A program made the position numbers and the translations under genes. Shown here piece by piece: positions 38,086-46,568 of a stretch of DNA of 60,426 nucleotides. The number at the start of each line of letters is the position of its first letter. The first letter of the stretch is position 1. The DNA is taken from the NCBI GenBank assembly GCA_038200085.1, contig JBBPYG010000050.1:1-60426 (forward strand), read 5' to 3'. Origin of the DNA: Candidatus Limnocylindria bacterium (lineage in GTDB: Bacteria > Chloroflexota > Limnocylindria > P2-11E). The notes beneath the pieces were generated by a model that did no database searches, was not told where the DNA came from, and was given only the letters and a program-made list of their open reading frames with translations.

Positions 38086-39675
38086 ATGCCGGCCGTGCGC
38101 GCCGCCGCGGCCATCGCGAGCGGCAAGATCGCGCGCTCCCTCCTGCGCGCGTCGGGGCGCGGCGCCACCGCCCTGCCTGGCCTGGTGGCCCTCGCCGTCG
38201 ATCCCCGTCTCGTCGCGCGGCTCGCCGATGCCCTGCCTCACGGCGCAGTCTGCGTCAGCGGCACCAACGGCAAGACCACGTGCGCGCGGATGATCGCGGA
38301 CATCGCGCGCGGGGCGGGATGGAGCCCGGTGCACAACCGCTCGGGATCGAACCTGGACCGGGGGGTCGCCGCCGCGCTGCTCGCGGACGCGACCTGGCGC
38401 GCGACGCCGCGCGGCGACGTCGGCATCTTCGAGGTCGACGAGGCTTCCCTCCCGCGCGTGCTCCGGCGCCTGTCGCCGCGCGTCGTGCTCGTGACGAACC
38501 TGTTCCGCGACCAGCTCGACCGCTACCACGAGATCGACGCGCTCGCGCGCCGGATCGGCGTCGCGCTCCGGGCGCTGCCCGACGACACCGTCGTCGTGCT
38601 GAACGCCGACGACCCGATCGTCGCCTCGCTCGCGCTCGGGAGAAAAGGCCCCGTGATCACCTTCGGGGTCGACGACCCAGCGGTCGGCGGGACGGTGCCG
38701 CAGGCGATCAGCGACGCGACGCGGTGCCCGCGCTGCGGCGAGCCGCTCGTCTACCGGCGCATCGTGCTGGCCCACGTCGGCGACTGGGCGTGCCCGGGGT
38801 GCGGCCTCGCGCGTCCGCCGCGCGACGTCGCGGCGGCGCGCGTCGCCCTCGGTCCCGACGGCAGCGAGATGCGGCTCGTCGGCGCAACCCGCGCCGATGC
38901 GGCGAGCATCACCCAGGACCCAGAGGGCGGCGAGATGAGTGCCTCCGGGGCGTCCGGATCGGACGACGAGACGGCGACTTCCGGTCCAGAGGGGAGTGGG
39001 ATCCCATCGTCGGGTCGGTCGCGCCCGCGGGCCGCGATCGCGCCCCGCGGGCCGGAGGGTGCGCAGCTGCGCGCCCGGGCGGCCGCCGGTGGTGACGGGG
39101 AGATCGTGCGCGTGCCACTGCCCGGTCTGTACAACGCGTACAACGCACTCGCGGCGATCGCCGTCGCGCGCGTCCTCGAGATCCCGCTGCGCACCGCGAC
39201 CGCGGCGCTCGCAGCGTTCCGTCCCGCCTTCGGGCGGCTCGAGGTCGTCAGCGCCGAGGGCCGCACGCTGCGGCTGGTGCTGGTGAAGAACCCCGCCGGC
39301 TTCAACGCCGCGATCGCCGCGCTGCTCGAGACGGGCCGCCGTCCGCGGCTGCTCGCCGCGCTGAACGACCGCGACGCGGACGGGCGCGACGTCTCGTGGA
39401 TCTGGGACGCCGACTTCGAATCGCTCGCGCCGGCGGTCGAGACCGCCGTCGTGACGGGGCTGCGCGGCCCCGACCTCGCGCTGCGGCTGAAGTACGCCGG
39501 CGTACCGCGCGACCGCGTCAGCGTGGTCGACCGGTGGCGCGACGCGATCGCTCGTGCGCTGGCGGACGCGCCGGCGGGGTCCGAGATCGTGGTCCTCGCG
39601 ACGTACACCGCGATGCTCGCGCTGCGCGACGCGCTCGCGGACATGGGCCACGTCGGTCGCTTCTGGGAGGACTGA
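38086..39675 (+). CDS. murT: Mur ligase family protein MurT (lipid II isoglutaminyl synthase subunit) with an internal low-complexity insertion
   Basis: GTNGKTT P-loop, LVTNLFRDQLDRYHE, Cys4 ribbon CPRCG...CPGCG, PGLYNAYNALAA, and a DUF1727-like C-terminus (DGRDVSWIWDADFE). It is followed by gatD. Confidence 0.85.
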   Translation: MPAVRAAAAIASGKIARSLLRASGRGATALPGLVALAVDPRLVARLADALPHGAVCVSGTNGKTTCARMIADIARGAGWSPVHNRSGSNLDRGVAAALLADATWRATPRGDVGIFEVDEASLPRVLRRLSPRVVLVTNLFRDQLDRYHEIDALARRIGVALRALPDDTVVVLNADDPIVASLALGRKGPVITFGVDDPAVGGTVPQAISDATRCPRCGEPLVYRRIVLAHVGDWACPGCGLARPPRDVAAARVALGPDGSEMRLVGATRADAASITQDPEGGEMSASGASGSDDETATSGPEGSGIPSSGRSRPRAAIAPRGPEGAQLRARAAAGGDGEIVRVPLPGLYNAYNALAAIAVARVLEIPLRTATAALAAFRPAFGRLEVVSAEGRTLRLVLVKNPAGFNAAIAALLETGRRPRLLAALNDRDADGRDVSWIWDADFESLAPAVETAVVTGLRGPDLALRLKYAGVPRDRVSVVDRWRDAIARALADAPAGSEIVVLATYTAMLALRDALADMGHVGRFWED

Positions 39676-39677
39676 GC

Positions 39678-40415
39678 ATGGCCGCCGTGCCGGACCTGCG
39701 CATCGGCCACCTCTACCCGGACCTGATGTCGATCTACGGAGACCTCGGGAACGTGCTCACGCTCGCGCGCCGCGCGCGCTGGCGCGGGTTCGATGCGGAG
39801 GTGCGCGCGTTCACCGCGGGAGAGCGCTTCGACGCCGAGTGGCCCGACGTGTGGTTCTTCGGGGGCGGGCAGGACCAAGGGCAGGACGTGGTGAGCCGCG
39901 ACCTCGCCGGACCGAACGGCGAGTCGCTGCGGCGCTCGCTCGACGGCGGAGCCGCGGTCCTCTCGGTGTGCGGCGGATACCAGCTGCTCGGGCGCGAGTA
40001 CGTCCCCGAGGAAGGTCCGGCGATCCGAGGGCTCGGGGTGATCGACGCGACGACGCGCGCGGGCCGGCGCCGATTCGTCGGCAACCTCCTCGTCGACACT
40101 CCCGACGGCGAGCTCATCGGCTTCGAGAACCATTCGGGCCGCACGTACCTCGGCCCCGCGGCGCGCCCGCTCGGCCGCGTCGTCGTCGGTCACGGCAACA
40201 ACGGCGAGGACCGGACCGAGGGCGCGGTCCAGGGAAAGGCCATCGGCTGCTATCTCCACGGGTCGGTACTGCCGAAGAACCCGTGGCTGGCGGACCGTCT
40301 GATCGGCTGGGGCCTCGCGCGCCGGCACGGCCCGGTCGAGCTCGAGCCGCTCGACGACCGCGAGGAGCGGTCCGCGCACGAGAGCGCCGTGGAGGTCGCC
40401 CGCTCGCGGCGCTGA
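39678..40415 (+). CDS. gatD: Glutamine amidotransferase GatD (CobQ/CobB-type GATase partner of MurT)
   Basis: IGHLYPDLMSIYGDLGNV, SVCGGYQLLG (catalytic Cys), FENHSGRT and CYLHGSVLPKNP are present. Confidence 0.85.
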   Translation: MAAVPDLRIGHLYPDLMSIYGDLGNVLTLARRARWRGFDAEVRAFTAGERFDAEWPDVWFFGGGQDQGQDVVSRDLAGPNGESLRRSLDGGAAVLSVCGGYQLLGREYVPEEGPAIRGLGVIDATTRAGRRRFVGNLLVDTPDGELIGFENHSGRTYLGPAARPLGRVVVGHGNNGEDRTEGAVQGKAIGCYLHGSVLPKNPWLADRLIGWGLARRHGPVELEPLDDREERSAHESAVEVARSRR

Positions 40416-40516
40416 CCGCACGCCACCGTTCCCTTTAAGGGGCGCCTACCAGCGATCACTCGGTGACGCCTGCGTGCGCGAACGCTGGCCGAGCTGATCC
40501 TCGGACGACGCGCTCT

Positions 40517-40530
40517 GGTACGCGCGTACC
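40517..40530. promoter_or_regulatory. Perfect 14-bp palindrome GGTACGCGCGTACC upstream of the hydrolase/tad genes (possible operator)
   Basis: Seen directly in the sequence. It lies about 50 nt upstream of the ATG at 40582 in a 166-nt intergenic region. Confidence 0.25.
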
Positions 40531-40581
40531 GTCCGGGCGTCCTGTTCCCGCGCCCGCGACACGCGACGACAGTGCGCCGCG

Positions 40582-41781
40582 ATGGTCACTCGCACGAGGC
40601 GCCTCCTGCTCGCCGTGGTAATCGCTCTCGTGCTGCTTCCGGCGGCAGGGGCTGGGACAGCGTCCGCGAAGGACCGCCCGGCCCGCACGGTGCTGCGGCC
40701 CGTCGACGTCGGCGCGGACGTCGCGGTCCGGCCGGCGTCCGACCCCACGCGCGAGCTGATCCTTTTCGTGGGCGGCATCGGTTCGCGAACGAGCGACACG
40801 ACGTTCGACGACCTCATGGACACGTACTTCGGCGATCCGCGCTACGAAGTGCGCCGCCTGGGCAGCCTCCCTGACTACACGTATGACAGCCACGGAAGCC
40901 TCGACGCGGCGGCGACGGCGCTGGTGACCGAGATCCGCGAACTCGGCCGGGCCTACGCCGGCGTCCACCTCATCGCGCATTCCATGGGCGGCGCGGTCGT
41001 CGACCGGGCGTTCGCGCTGGGGCTTTCGCACGACGATGGCGTCCTGACGTATGTCGCGCTCGCCTCGCCCCACAACGGGTCCCTCGCGTCGCAGCTCGGC
41101 CAGGGTTTGATCGCCCTCGAGGGCGATGGCTTCACGCTCTTCCGCGAGACGCTCGGCCCGGTCCAGGATCCCGGCAGCGTCGCCGCCGGCGACCTCGCCG
41201 CGACGCGGCCCGTTGCGCCTCCGCGCGGGGTCGCCCGGCTGGACGTGCGCATGAGCTCCGATGCCGTCGTACTTCGTCGCGACGCCTACGACCCCGGGGT
41301 CGACTCGCGCGTGCTGAGCCCGGTCGACCGCGGCTTCCTCGCCGGGCACGGCGGCATCACCGCCGATCCGCAGGCGGTCGCTCTCGTGCGGGCGACGATC
41401 GAGCAGCACAGCGTTCCACCGGACGAGCGCAGCGCGCTGCTTCGACTCGCGGCGGACTCGGAGGATCTTCAGAACGGCATGCTGGTGGGAGCGTGCCTCT
41501 TCGCCTTCACCGGTGTATGCGCGCTGGTGGCGCTCGAGCTTCGCAGGCGTCGCCTCGTGCGCCGCGCCGAGGCGTGGGTCGATCGCGGGGTCGCGGATGG
41601 CGCGAGGGAGGTCGCCCGCGCCACCGGGTCCGTCGCCCCACCTATCTGCAAGGGCGTCGCGGATGCCGCGACGACGATCGCTCGAGCGACCGCAGCGGGC
41701 GCATCGCGGGTGTGGTCCGCCGTTACCGATGGAACTTGGAGGGGCGTGATCCATCGCGGACCGGCGGGCCCGCTCTGGTGA
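40582..41781 (+). CDS. Secreted/membrane-anchored alpha/beta hydrolase (lipase/esterase-like)
   Basis: Signal peptide, VGGIGS, the nucleophile elbow AHSMGG, and a C-terminal TM helix (GACLFAFTGVCALVALEL). The stop overlaps the tadE-like start. Confidence 0.7.
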   Translation: MVTRTRRLLLAVVIALVLLPAAGAGTASAKDRPARTVLRPVDVGADVAVRPASDPTRELILFVGGIGSRTSDTTFDDLMDTYFGDPRYEVRRLGSLPDYTYDSHGSLDAAATALVTEIRELGRAYAGVHLIAHSMGGAVVDRAFALGLSHDDGVLTYVALASPHNGSLASQLGQGLIALEGDGFTLFRETLGPVQDPGSVAAGDLAATRPVAPPRGVARLDVRMSSDAVVLRRDAYDPGVDSRVLSPVDRGFLAGHGGITADPQAVALVRATIEQHSVPPDERSALLRLAADSEDLQNGMLVGACLFAFTGVCALVALELRRRRLVRRAEAWVDRGVADGAREVARATGSVAPPICKGVADAATTIARATAAGASRVWSAVTDGTWRGVIHRGPAGPLW

Positions 41782-42206
41782 TGCGTCGCGCGCTGACCCG
41801 CGGCCTCGGTCCACGCGGACAGGCAGGTCAGGCGCTGGTCGAGTTCGCGCTGGTAGTTCCGATCCTCCTCGTCTTCTCGTTCGCGATCGTGGAGATCGCC
41901 CAGCTCGGCGTCGCGCGCCTCGCGCTTCAGCACGCGGCCTCCGAGGGCGCCCGCGCAGGCGCGCTGACCAACGACGACGCCGCGATCCACTCCAGCGTGG
42001 CTCTGGCCGCGTCTCCTCTCGACGCGGGCCGGATCGACGTGGAGATCGAGCCGACCGCATCCGAAGCTCCGCGGACGAGCGACCCGCGCGGATCGTTGCT
42101 CGCGGTCCGCCTCCGGTACGCGATGCCGCTCCGGCTCGGCTTCATGGTGCTTCCCACGTTGACCATCAGCGGTTCCGCCGCGCGCCGCGTCGAGTGGACA
42201 CCGTGA
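41781..42206 (+). CDS. TadE-like pilus assembly protein
   Basis: GQALVEFALVVPILLVFSFAIVEIAQL is the TadE N-terminal motif (G/xxxE-F). Confidence 0.75.
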   Translation: MRRALTRGLGPRGQAGQALVEFALVVPILLVFSFAIVEIAQLGVARLALQHAASEGARAGALTNDDAAIHSSVALAASPLDAGRIDVEIEPTASEAPRTSDPRGSLLAVRLRYAMPLRLGFMVLPTLTISGSAARRVEWTP

Positions 42207-42652
42207 TCGGCGTCCAGCGCCCGGAGCGTCGTCGCGCTCAAGGCGGCTCAGCCGGCGCTGATGACGAACAAGGGCAGGCGCTGATCATCGCGGTATTCGC
42301 GCTCGCGATCGCCGCGACGGCCGTGATCGGGCTGCGCGCCGCTCAGGCGCGTCTGCTCACCGGTGCGGGCGACGAAAGCGCCGGAGAAGCGGCCGTCGAA
42401 GCAGCCGCGTCGGTGTATGCCGATGCGGCGTTCGCGCGCCATCGCGGCGGTCCGTCGCGAGATCCGGGTCTCGCCGACCCGGCCGTCGTCGACGCCGCCC
42501 GAGCCGCCGCGATGGACGCCGCGCGCGCGAACGGCCGGGACGCTCCGGTCGAGCCTCACGCGACCGTTGGCGCAGGCGTGATCGACGTCGAGCTCAGGCT
42601 CGCAGGACGCAGGTACAGGGCGGACGTGCCGGTAACATGCTGCCCTCGCTGA
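42194..42652 (+). CDS. TadE/TadG-like pseudopilin-type protein
   Basis: EQGQALIIAVFALAIAATAVIGL is a hydrophobic N-terminus typical of the Tad-G-like family. Tad genes lie on both sides. Confidence 0.55.
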   Translation: MDTVIGVQRPERRRAQGGSAGADDEQGQALIIAVFALAIAATAVIGLRAAQARLLTGAGDESAGEAAVEAAASVYADAAFARHRGGPSRDPGLADPAVVDAARAAAMDAARANGRDAPVEPHATVGAGVIDVELRLAGRRYRADVPVTCCPR

Positions 42653-43056
42653 CTTCGCGCGCGTTGCGCCGCCCGCCGCGCCGCGTGGTGCACGGGGCGA
42701 TCCTCACGCTGCTGCTGTCGGCCGCGGCGGTCTTCTCGCTTGGGTCCGAGCCCGAGGAGACCCAGCAGCCGGCGGCGCTCGCTGATCGCCTGGCGCCTTC
42801 GAGTTGGGCGGTGACGATCCCCGCGGGATGGCTCGCCGCTCCGATCGCGGGATTACGGCCGGGCGACCGGATCGACGTGCTGGCCGTGCGTCCGGGCGAG
42901 CGGCCATCGGCATCCGCGATCGCGTTCGACCTCGAGGTGATGAGCAGCGACGACCGTGCCCTGGTCCTCGACGCCCGTGCCGAGGACGCGACGGCGCTGG
43001 CGGTCGCGCGCGCCGGGGGTCTCCTGATCATCCCGCTTCTCCGCTCGACGCGATGA
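42637..43056 (+). CDS. CpaB/RcpC-like Flp pilus assembly protein (short)
   Basis: N-terminal TM helix, then GLRPGDRIDVLAV... and ALAVARAGGLLIIPLL, resembling the CpaB C-terminal domain. The assignment rests mainly on position in the tad block. Confidence 0.45.
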   Translation: MLPSLTSRALRRPPRRVVHGAILTLLLSAAAVFSLGSEPEETQQPAALADRLAPSSWAVTIPAGWLAAPIAGLRPGDRIDVLAVRPGERPSASAIAFDLEVMSSDDRALVLDARAEDATALAVARAGGLLIIPLLRSTR

Positions 43057-43991
43057 CGACCGCGCTCGTGTGCGGCGGGCCCCGCCTCGCCGAAGCGGCG
43101 CGCGTTCTCGGATTGGAGGAGCCGCGTGGGGACCCCGACATCGTGCTCCTCGAACTCGCTGACGGCGCGGCGGTCGAGCGCGCGTCGCTGCTGCCAGCCG
43201 GGATCCCGCGCGTCGTCGTCGCCGACCCGAAGCACCGCGAGCTGCTGCGCGCCCTCGGCCTCGCCGCGGGCGCCGTCGCGGACGCCTCCGAGGCAGCGTC
43301 CATCGGGCCCCTGATCGCGGCCCTGGTGCCGGCAGCCCGTCGCGCCGCGCGCGTCGTTCTCTGCACCGCCGCTCGCGGCGGGGTCGGACGCACGCTGCTG
43401 GCGGCCAATCTCGCGCGCCGGATAGCCGGCGGCGGCGCGTCGGTGCTCGCGCTCGACACGACCGGCACGGGGCTGCTGGCGTGGTGGTTGAGGGTGGACG
43501 GGCGGCCGTGGTCCGATTTGCACGGCCTTGCCCAGGAGCTGTCCGGCGAACACCTCGGGCTCGTCGCAAGCGATGTCGCGAAGGACCTGCGGTCATTCGG
43601 CGCCGGACCGCTCGCTCCGGTGGCGGACATCGCGGTCGCGGCGACGAAGGCCGCGCTCGACCTCGCGGACGTCGTCATCATCGACGCCGCGCCGTTGGCG
43701 GATCCGTGCACCCGGGCGCTGCAGGGCGCAGCCGACCGCACGATGGTGCTGACCTACGCCGACCCGGCATCGGTCGCGGCGCTGTCGGCCGCGGAGAGCC
43801 CAGAGGACGCGTGGCTCATCGTCTCGCAGGCGGGGACCCGGGCGATCCAGGGCCGGCCCGTGCTGCGGTCGCTCCCGCGCGATGACCGCGGGGTGGGCCG
43901 CGCGCTCACGGCCCGCGACGCGGTGACCGGCGCCCTGGGGCGCGCATACGACGCGATCGCGGAGCTCGTTCTCCTCGATGTCTCGCCGTGA
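43053..43991 (+). CDS. TadZ/CpaE-like ParA/MinD-fold protein with a degenerate Walker A
   Basis: In track ORF 42804..43991. VVLCTAARGGVGRTLLAANLA resembles KGGxGKT with both Lys replaced by Arg. VIIDAAP is present. It sits directly upstream of cpaF. Confidence 0.6.
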   Translation: MTTALVCGGPRLAEAARVLGLEEPRGDPDIVLLELADGAAVERASLLPAGIPRVVVADPKHRELLRALGLAAGAVADASEAASIGPLIAALVPAARRAARVVLCTAARGGVGRTLLAANLARRIAGGGASVLALDTTGTGLLAWWLRVDGRPWSDLHGLAQELSGEHLGLVASDVAKDLRSFGAGPLAPVADIAVAATKAALDLADVVIIDAAPLADPCTRALQGAADRTMVLTYADPASVAALSAAESPEDAWLIVSQAGTRAIQGRPVLRSLPRDDRGVGRALTARDAVTGALGRAYDAIAELVLLDVSP

Positions 43992-44265
43992 ACGCCGCGA
44001 CCCGCGCGCGTCTCGAGCAGATCGTCGTCGCACGTCTGCGTGAGGCTCCTGATGGCCGTCCCCGCCACGACCAGCTCGCCGGTGCTCTTCGCGACGGCCT
44101 GGCCGCGGAACGCGTCGTCGTTCCCTCAGGTGAGCTGCGCCAGCTCGAGCGGTGGCTTGACGATCGGCTCTTCGGACTCGGCGACCTCGCGCCGCTCCTG
44201 CGCGACGACCGCGTCAGCGAGGTGATGGTGAACGGCATGCGCGGGGTGTGGGTCGAGCGCGACGG
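43988..44265 (+). pseudogene. cpaF: cpaF/tadA (Tad secretion ATPase) 5' fragment, interrupted after codon 92 by the casposon
   Basis: Reads ...LGDLAPLLRDDRVSEVMVNGMRGVWVERDG, then runs into the TIR and a TAA at 44270-44272. The same frame resumes at 60286 ([21 protein letters not shown]...). Confidence 0.85.
44252..44265. repeat. Left copy of the 14-bp target-site duplication GTCGAGCGCGACGG
   Basis: Identical to 60286-60299. The flanking bases differ on both sides (g/c before, g/t after), so the duplication is exactly 14 bp. Confidence 0.9.
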
Positions 44266-44315
44266 GGGATAACTACTGGGCCGTCGCGAAACGCGGCAAA
44301 GTCGGACAGCGTGAA
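44266..44315. repeat. Left terminal inverted repeat
   Basis: GGGATAACTACTGGGCCGTCGCGAAACGCGGCAAAGTCGGACAGCGTGAA, compared with the reverse complement of 60235-60285. By my manual alignment about 40 of 51 columns are identical with one 1-nt gap, and the terminal 12 nt are perfect. Confidence 0.85.
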
Positions 44316-44406
44316 CGGCACGGCACGGCGCACTCCCGGGTGCAAGCCATCCATCGGGAATACTTGGCGGGCTAGACCGTCAAGTCTTCACGCTACGGAG
44401 GAAACC

Positions 44407-44616
44407 GTGCACTGGCTAAGAGAGTTCTTGAATCGGCGTCGTGTCAGTTCCGAAAGGATTGGGCTGGAAGCGACTGTTAAGACCGAGGAGCGCCTCGTGG
44501 CGGAGAGAGTTCCAACGCCGAAACAAGTCCAATTCAGAGACTCATTTACGTTCAACGAGCGAGGCGCCGCGAATCGAAGGACGACGGTCGGCGATCGACG
44601 ACCGCATATCGCATAG
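44407..44616 (+). CDS. Small hypothetical protein (69 aa)
   Basis: GTG at 44407 preceded by GGAGG (44396-44400) with a 6-nt spacer. It lies in the frame of track ORF 44248..44616, whose upstream part crosses the TIR and is not credible. Confidence 0.35.
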   Translation: MHWLREFLNRRRVSSERIGLEATVKTEERLVAERVPTPKQVQFRDSFTFNERGAANRRTTVGDRRPHIA

Positions 44617-44627
44617 CCGATTCTCAA

Positions 44628-45164
44628 GTGCCCTATTCGTCGGGTGCTGATCTGGACGCTGAGGACCGCATCACGTTCCGCCTTGAGGGCACCCCGATAC
44701 GCGGCGAGAAGGGGGCGGCCCTCGCGGCGTCGCATGTGGTCGAGCGGCTCAATGCGGAAGGTGGCCAGTGGAGTCAAATGGAGGTGACCGGGCGTGATGC
44801 AAGGCACGAGAAGGGGATCGACGTCACGTTCCAGGGTGTCGACGGAACTACGCTTGAAATACAAGTCACGGCAGCAGAGCGGGGACTATGGAAGCAGCTT
44901 CAGAACGATAACGTGGTCGAAGGTGCGATATCTATCGACTCCGCAGTCGAGGCGCTTTGGCAGGCTACTACTGAGAAGCGCACGAGATCTGATCCGCGGG
45001 TGGTCCTGGTTCTCGACGCTGCCAACATGGGACAGTTCATATTCGATCCGGTTATCCGCAGGTTTCACGAGCTGCACGGGGGCGACGCTGGAAGGGTTGG
45101 ATTCAGCCAGATCTGGCTTGCCGGTCCGACGGCGGAGCGGACCCTTCGGTTGGATGTGGAATAG
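44628..45164 (+). CDS. Hypothetical protein (178 aa)
   Basis: Protein-like composition in the less GC-rich left arm. I recognise no motif. The antisense ORF 44388..44864 was judged spurious. Confidence 0.5.
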   Translation: MPYSSGADLDAEDRITFRLEGTPIRGEKGAALAASHVVERLNAEGGQWSQMEVTGRDARHEKGIDVTFQGVDGTTLEIQVTAAERGLWKQLQNDNVVEGAISIDSAVEALWQATTEKRTRSDPRVVLVLDAANMGQFIFDPVIRRFHELHGGDAGRVGFSQIWLAGPTAERTLRLDVE

Positions 45165-45319
45165 CTTGGCTCCGCAGGCACGAACTCGCGGCAAAGTGAT
45201 CCCGGCCCTTCGGCTGGCCGTTCCGATGCTGACAGGAGCCATCGCGGGCCAAGGGCGAGCCCTCACAAAGACACGCTCCGGCTCTTAGGCGGCATGTTGA
45301 CTCCATCCTTAATGCTCCA

Positions 45320-46102
45320 TTGCTCATGACGAGCACCGTTCTCGCCAGCAGTTGGCACAAGTTCCATTGGGCGCAGATACACATGCGGGCTCTTGATGCC
45401 GCTTTAGGCCGGATCTTCGAACTGGGCGAAGACACCATCGCCATCGATACGGAGGTCAAGATTCAGGGCGACGATGCAACGGCCCTCGTGCGCATCGCCA
45501 CGCTCCCGCTGATTTCGTCCGACTGCGCGCTCATCCTCGGTGACACACTCCAGAACTTCCGCGCGGCGCTCGATCACCTTGCGTGGGATTTGGTCAAGAT
45601 CGGGACGCAACCCAACCCATTTAACCCGCAGCAGATCTACTTTCCGATGACCAAGAGCGGTAAGAGTTTCGGGCGGCTCATCAACCAGAGACTGCCGGGC
45701 GTCAACCGCGAATATCGCGCAATCGTCCGCCGGTACCAGCCGTATGGCCGCGGCAAGGCGGCGAAAGCGATTCGCTGGCTCCGGAATCTCTCGGACGCTG
45801 ACAAGCACCGCGTCATGACCCCGATGGTCGTCAACGCTTCTCATATCAACCTGACAGTCAGCAGTAATTGGACCCTCGCTGGCTTCGAGTACATCGTCAC
45901 GCGACCCCGCGCGCTTGATGTCGGCACAGAAGTCGCGCGCGCGAAATTCATTCGTAGCGGTGCCGAAGGCTGTGCCGTGAAGATGTACGGCCACCTGCCC
46001 ATCTATCCAGCGTTGACCTATGGACGCTCGCTCGACACGGTCTTGGTTTCGATTTCCGAGACGGTGCGGGAAATTCTTGTGGTCTTTGACGAAGTCCTTT
46101 AG
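45320..46102 (+). CDS. Hypothetical protein (260 aa) with an R-x4-H motif (possible HEPN-like fold)
   Basis: LQNFRAALDHLAWDL contains RAALDH (R-x4-H), and a second RN-containing stretch is WLRNLSDADKHRV. I have no firm family assignment. Confidence 0.5.
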   Translation: MLMTSTVLASSWHKFHWAQIHMRALDAALGRIFELGEDTIAIDTEVKIQGDDATALVRIATLPLISSDCALILGDTLQNFRAALDHLAWDLVKIGTQPNPFNPQQIYFPMTKSGKSFGRLINQRLPGVNREYRAIVRRYQPYGRGKAAKAIRWLRNLSDADKHRVMTPMVVNASHINLTVSSNWTLAGFEYIVTRPRALDVGTEVARAKFIRSGAEGCAVKMYGHLPIYPALTYGRSLDTVLVSISETVREILVVFDEVL

Positions 46103-46392
46103 GCCAGCGTCTCGTTGAACGCTCCGCACTTTGAGCACTTGAACACGAGTTCGACGACGTGCGAGGTCTTGATTCCTACGAGCAGGGGCGACCCGCACTT
46201 GCCGCACTCCATCGTCACGTTGCCCTGGCTGCGCATGGCCACGGTTCCCGGTCCCTCGTAGACGAGCACCGAGCGGGTCCCTGGTGCGGGTTCGGGAATC
46301 ACGGCCATCCTAACGTGACGGGTCTTGTTCATTTGCGCGGTCTTTTTCGGCACGCTTCCTCCACGGCCGTTTGCCATCGGTAACGTACTCAC
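46099..46392 (-). CDS. Small zinc-ribbon protein (97 aa)
   Basis: CGKCGSPLL...KCSKCGAFN (two CxxC pairs). It is the last gene of the minus-strand polB operon and convergent with the 260-aa gene. Confidence 0.5.
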   Translation of the reverse strand: MSTLPMANGRGGSVPKKTAQMNKTRHVRMAVIPEPAPGTRSVLVYEGPGTVAMRSQGNVTMECGKCGSPLLVGIKTSHVVELVFKCSKCGAFNETLA

Positions 46393-46568
46393 CGGGCGGT
46401 AGCCGAAGCCGAACGCCGTACGGACACGCTGCCCGAAGGAGTGCGGCGGGCCGGACGCTGATCGCCCGTCCTCGCGGGAGTGTACCGCCGTCGAACGGCA
46501 GAGTCGCCGAGGTTTAGTGTTCCGAAGGCTCGCTCCGGTGACGCTGCGCGAGCGGTAGTCGATTAGCG

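Noticed and set aside
37423-42060. Long minus-strand ORFs 37423..39651 (742 aa), 38751..40421 (556 aa) and 40456..42060 (534 aa)
   Set aside because: They are antisense to merR-like, murT, gatD, the hydrolase and tadE, all of which have strong motif support. The composition is again Arg/Ala/Gly-rich.
44248-44864. Track ORFs 44248..44616 (+, 122 aa as listed) and 44388..44864 (-, 158 aa)
   Set aside because: The first starts in host cpaF sequence and reads through the TIR, so only its distal part from the GTG at 44407 with a GGAGG SD is plausible. The second is antisense to the better-looking 69-aa and 178-aa ORFs.
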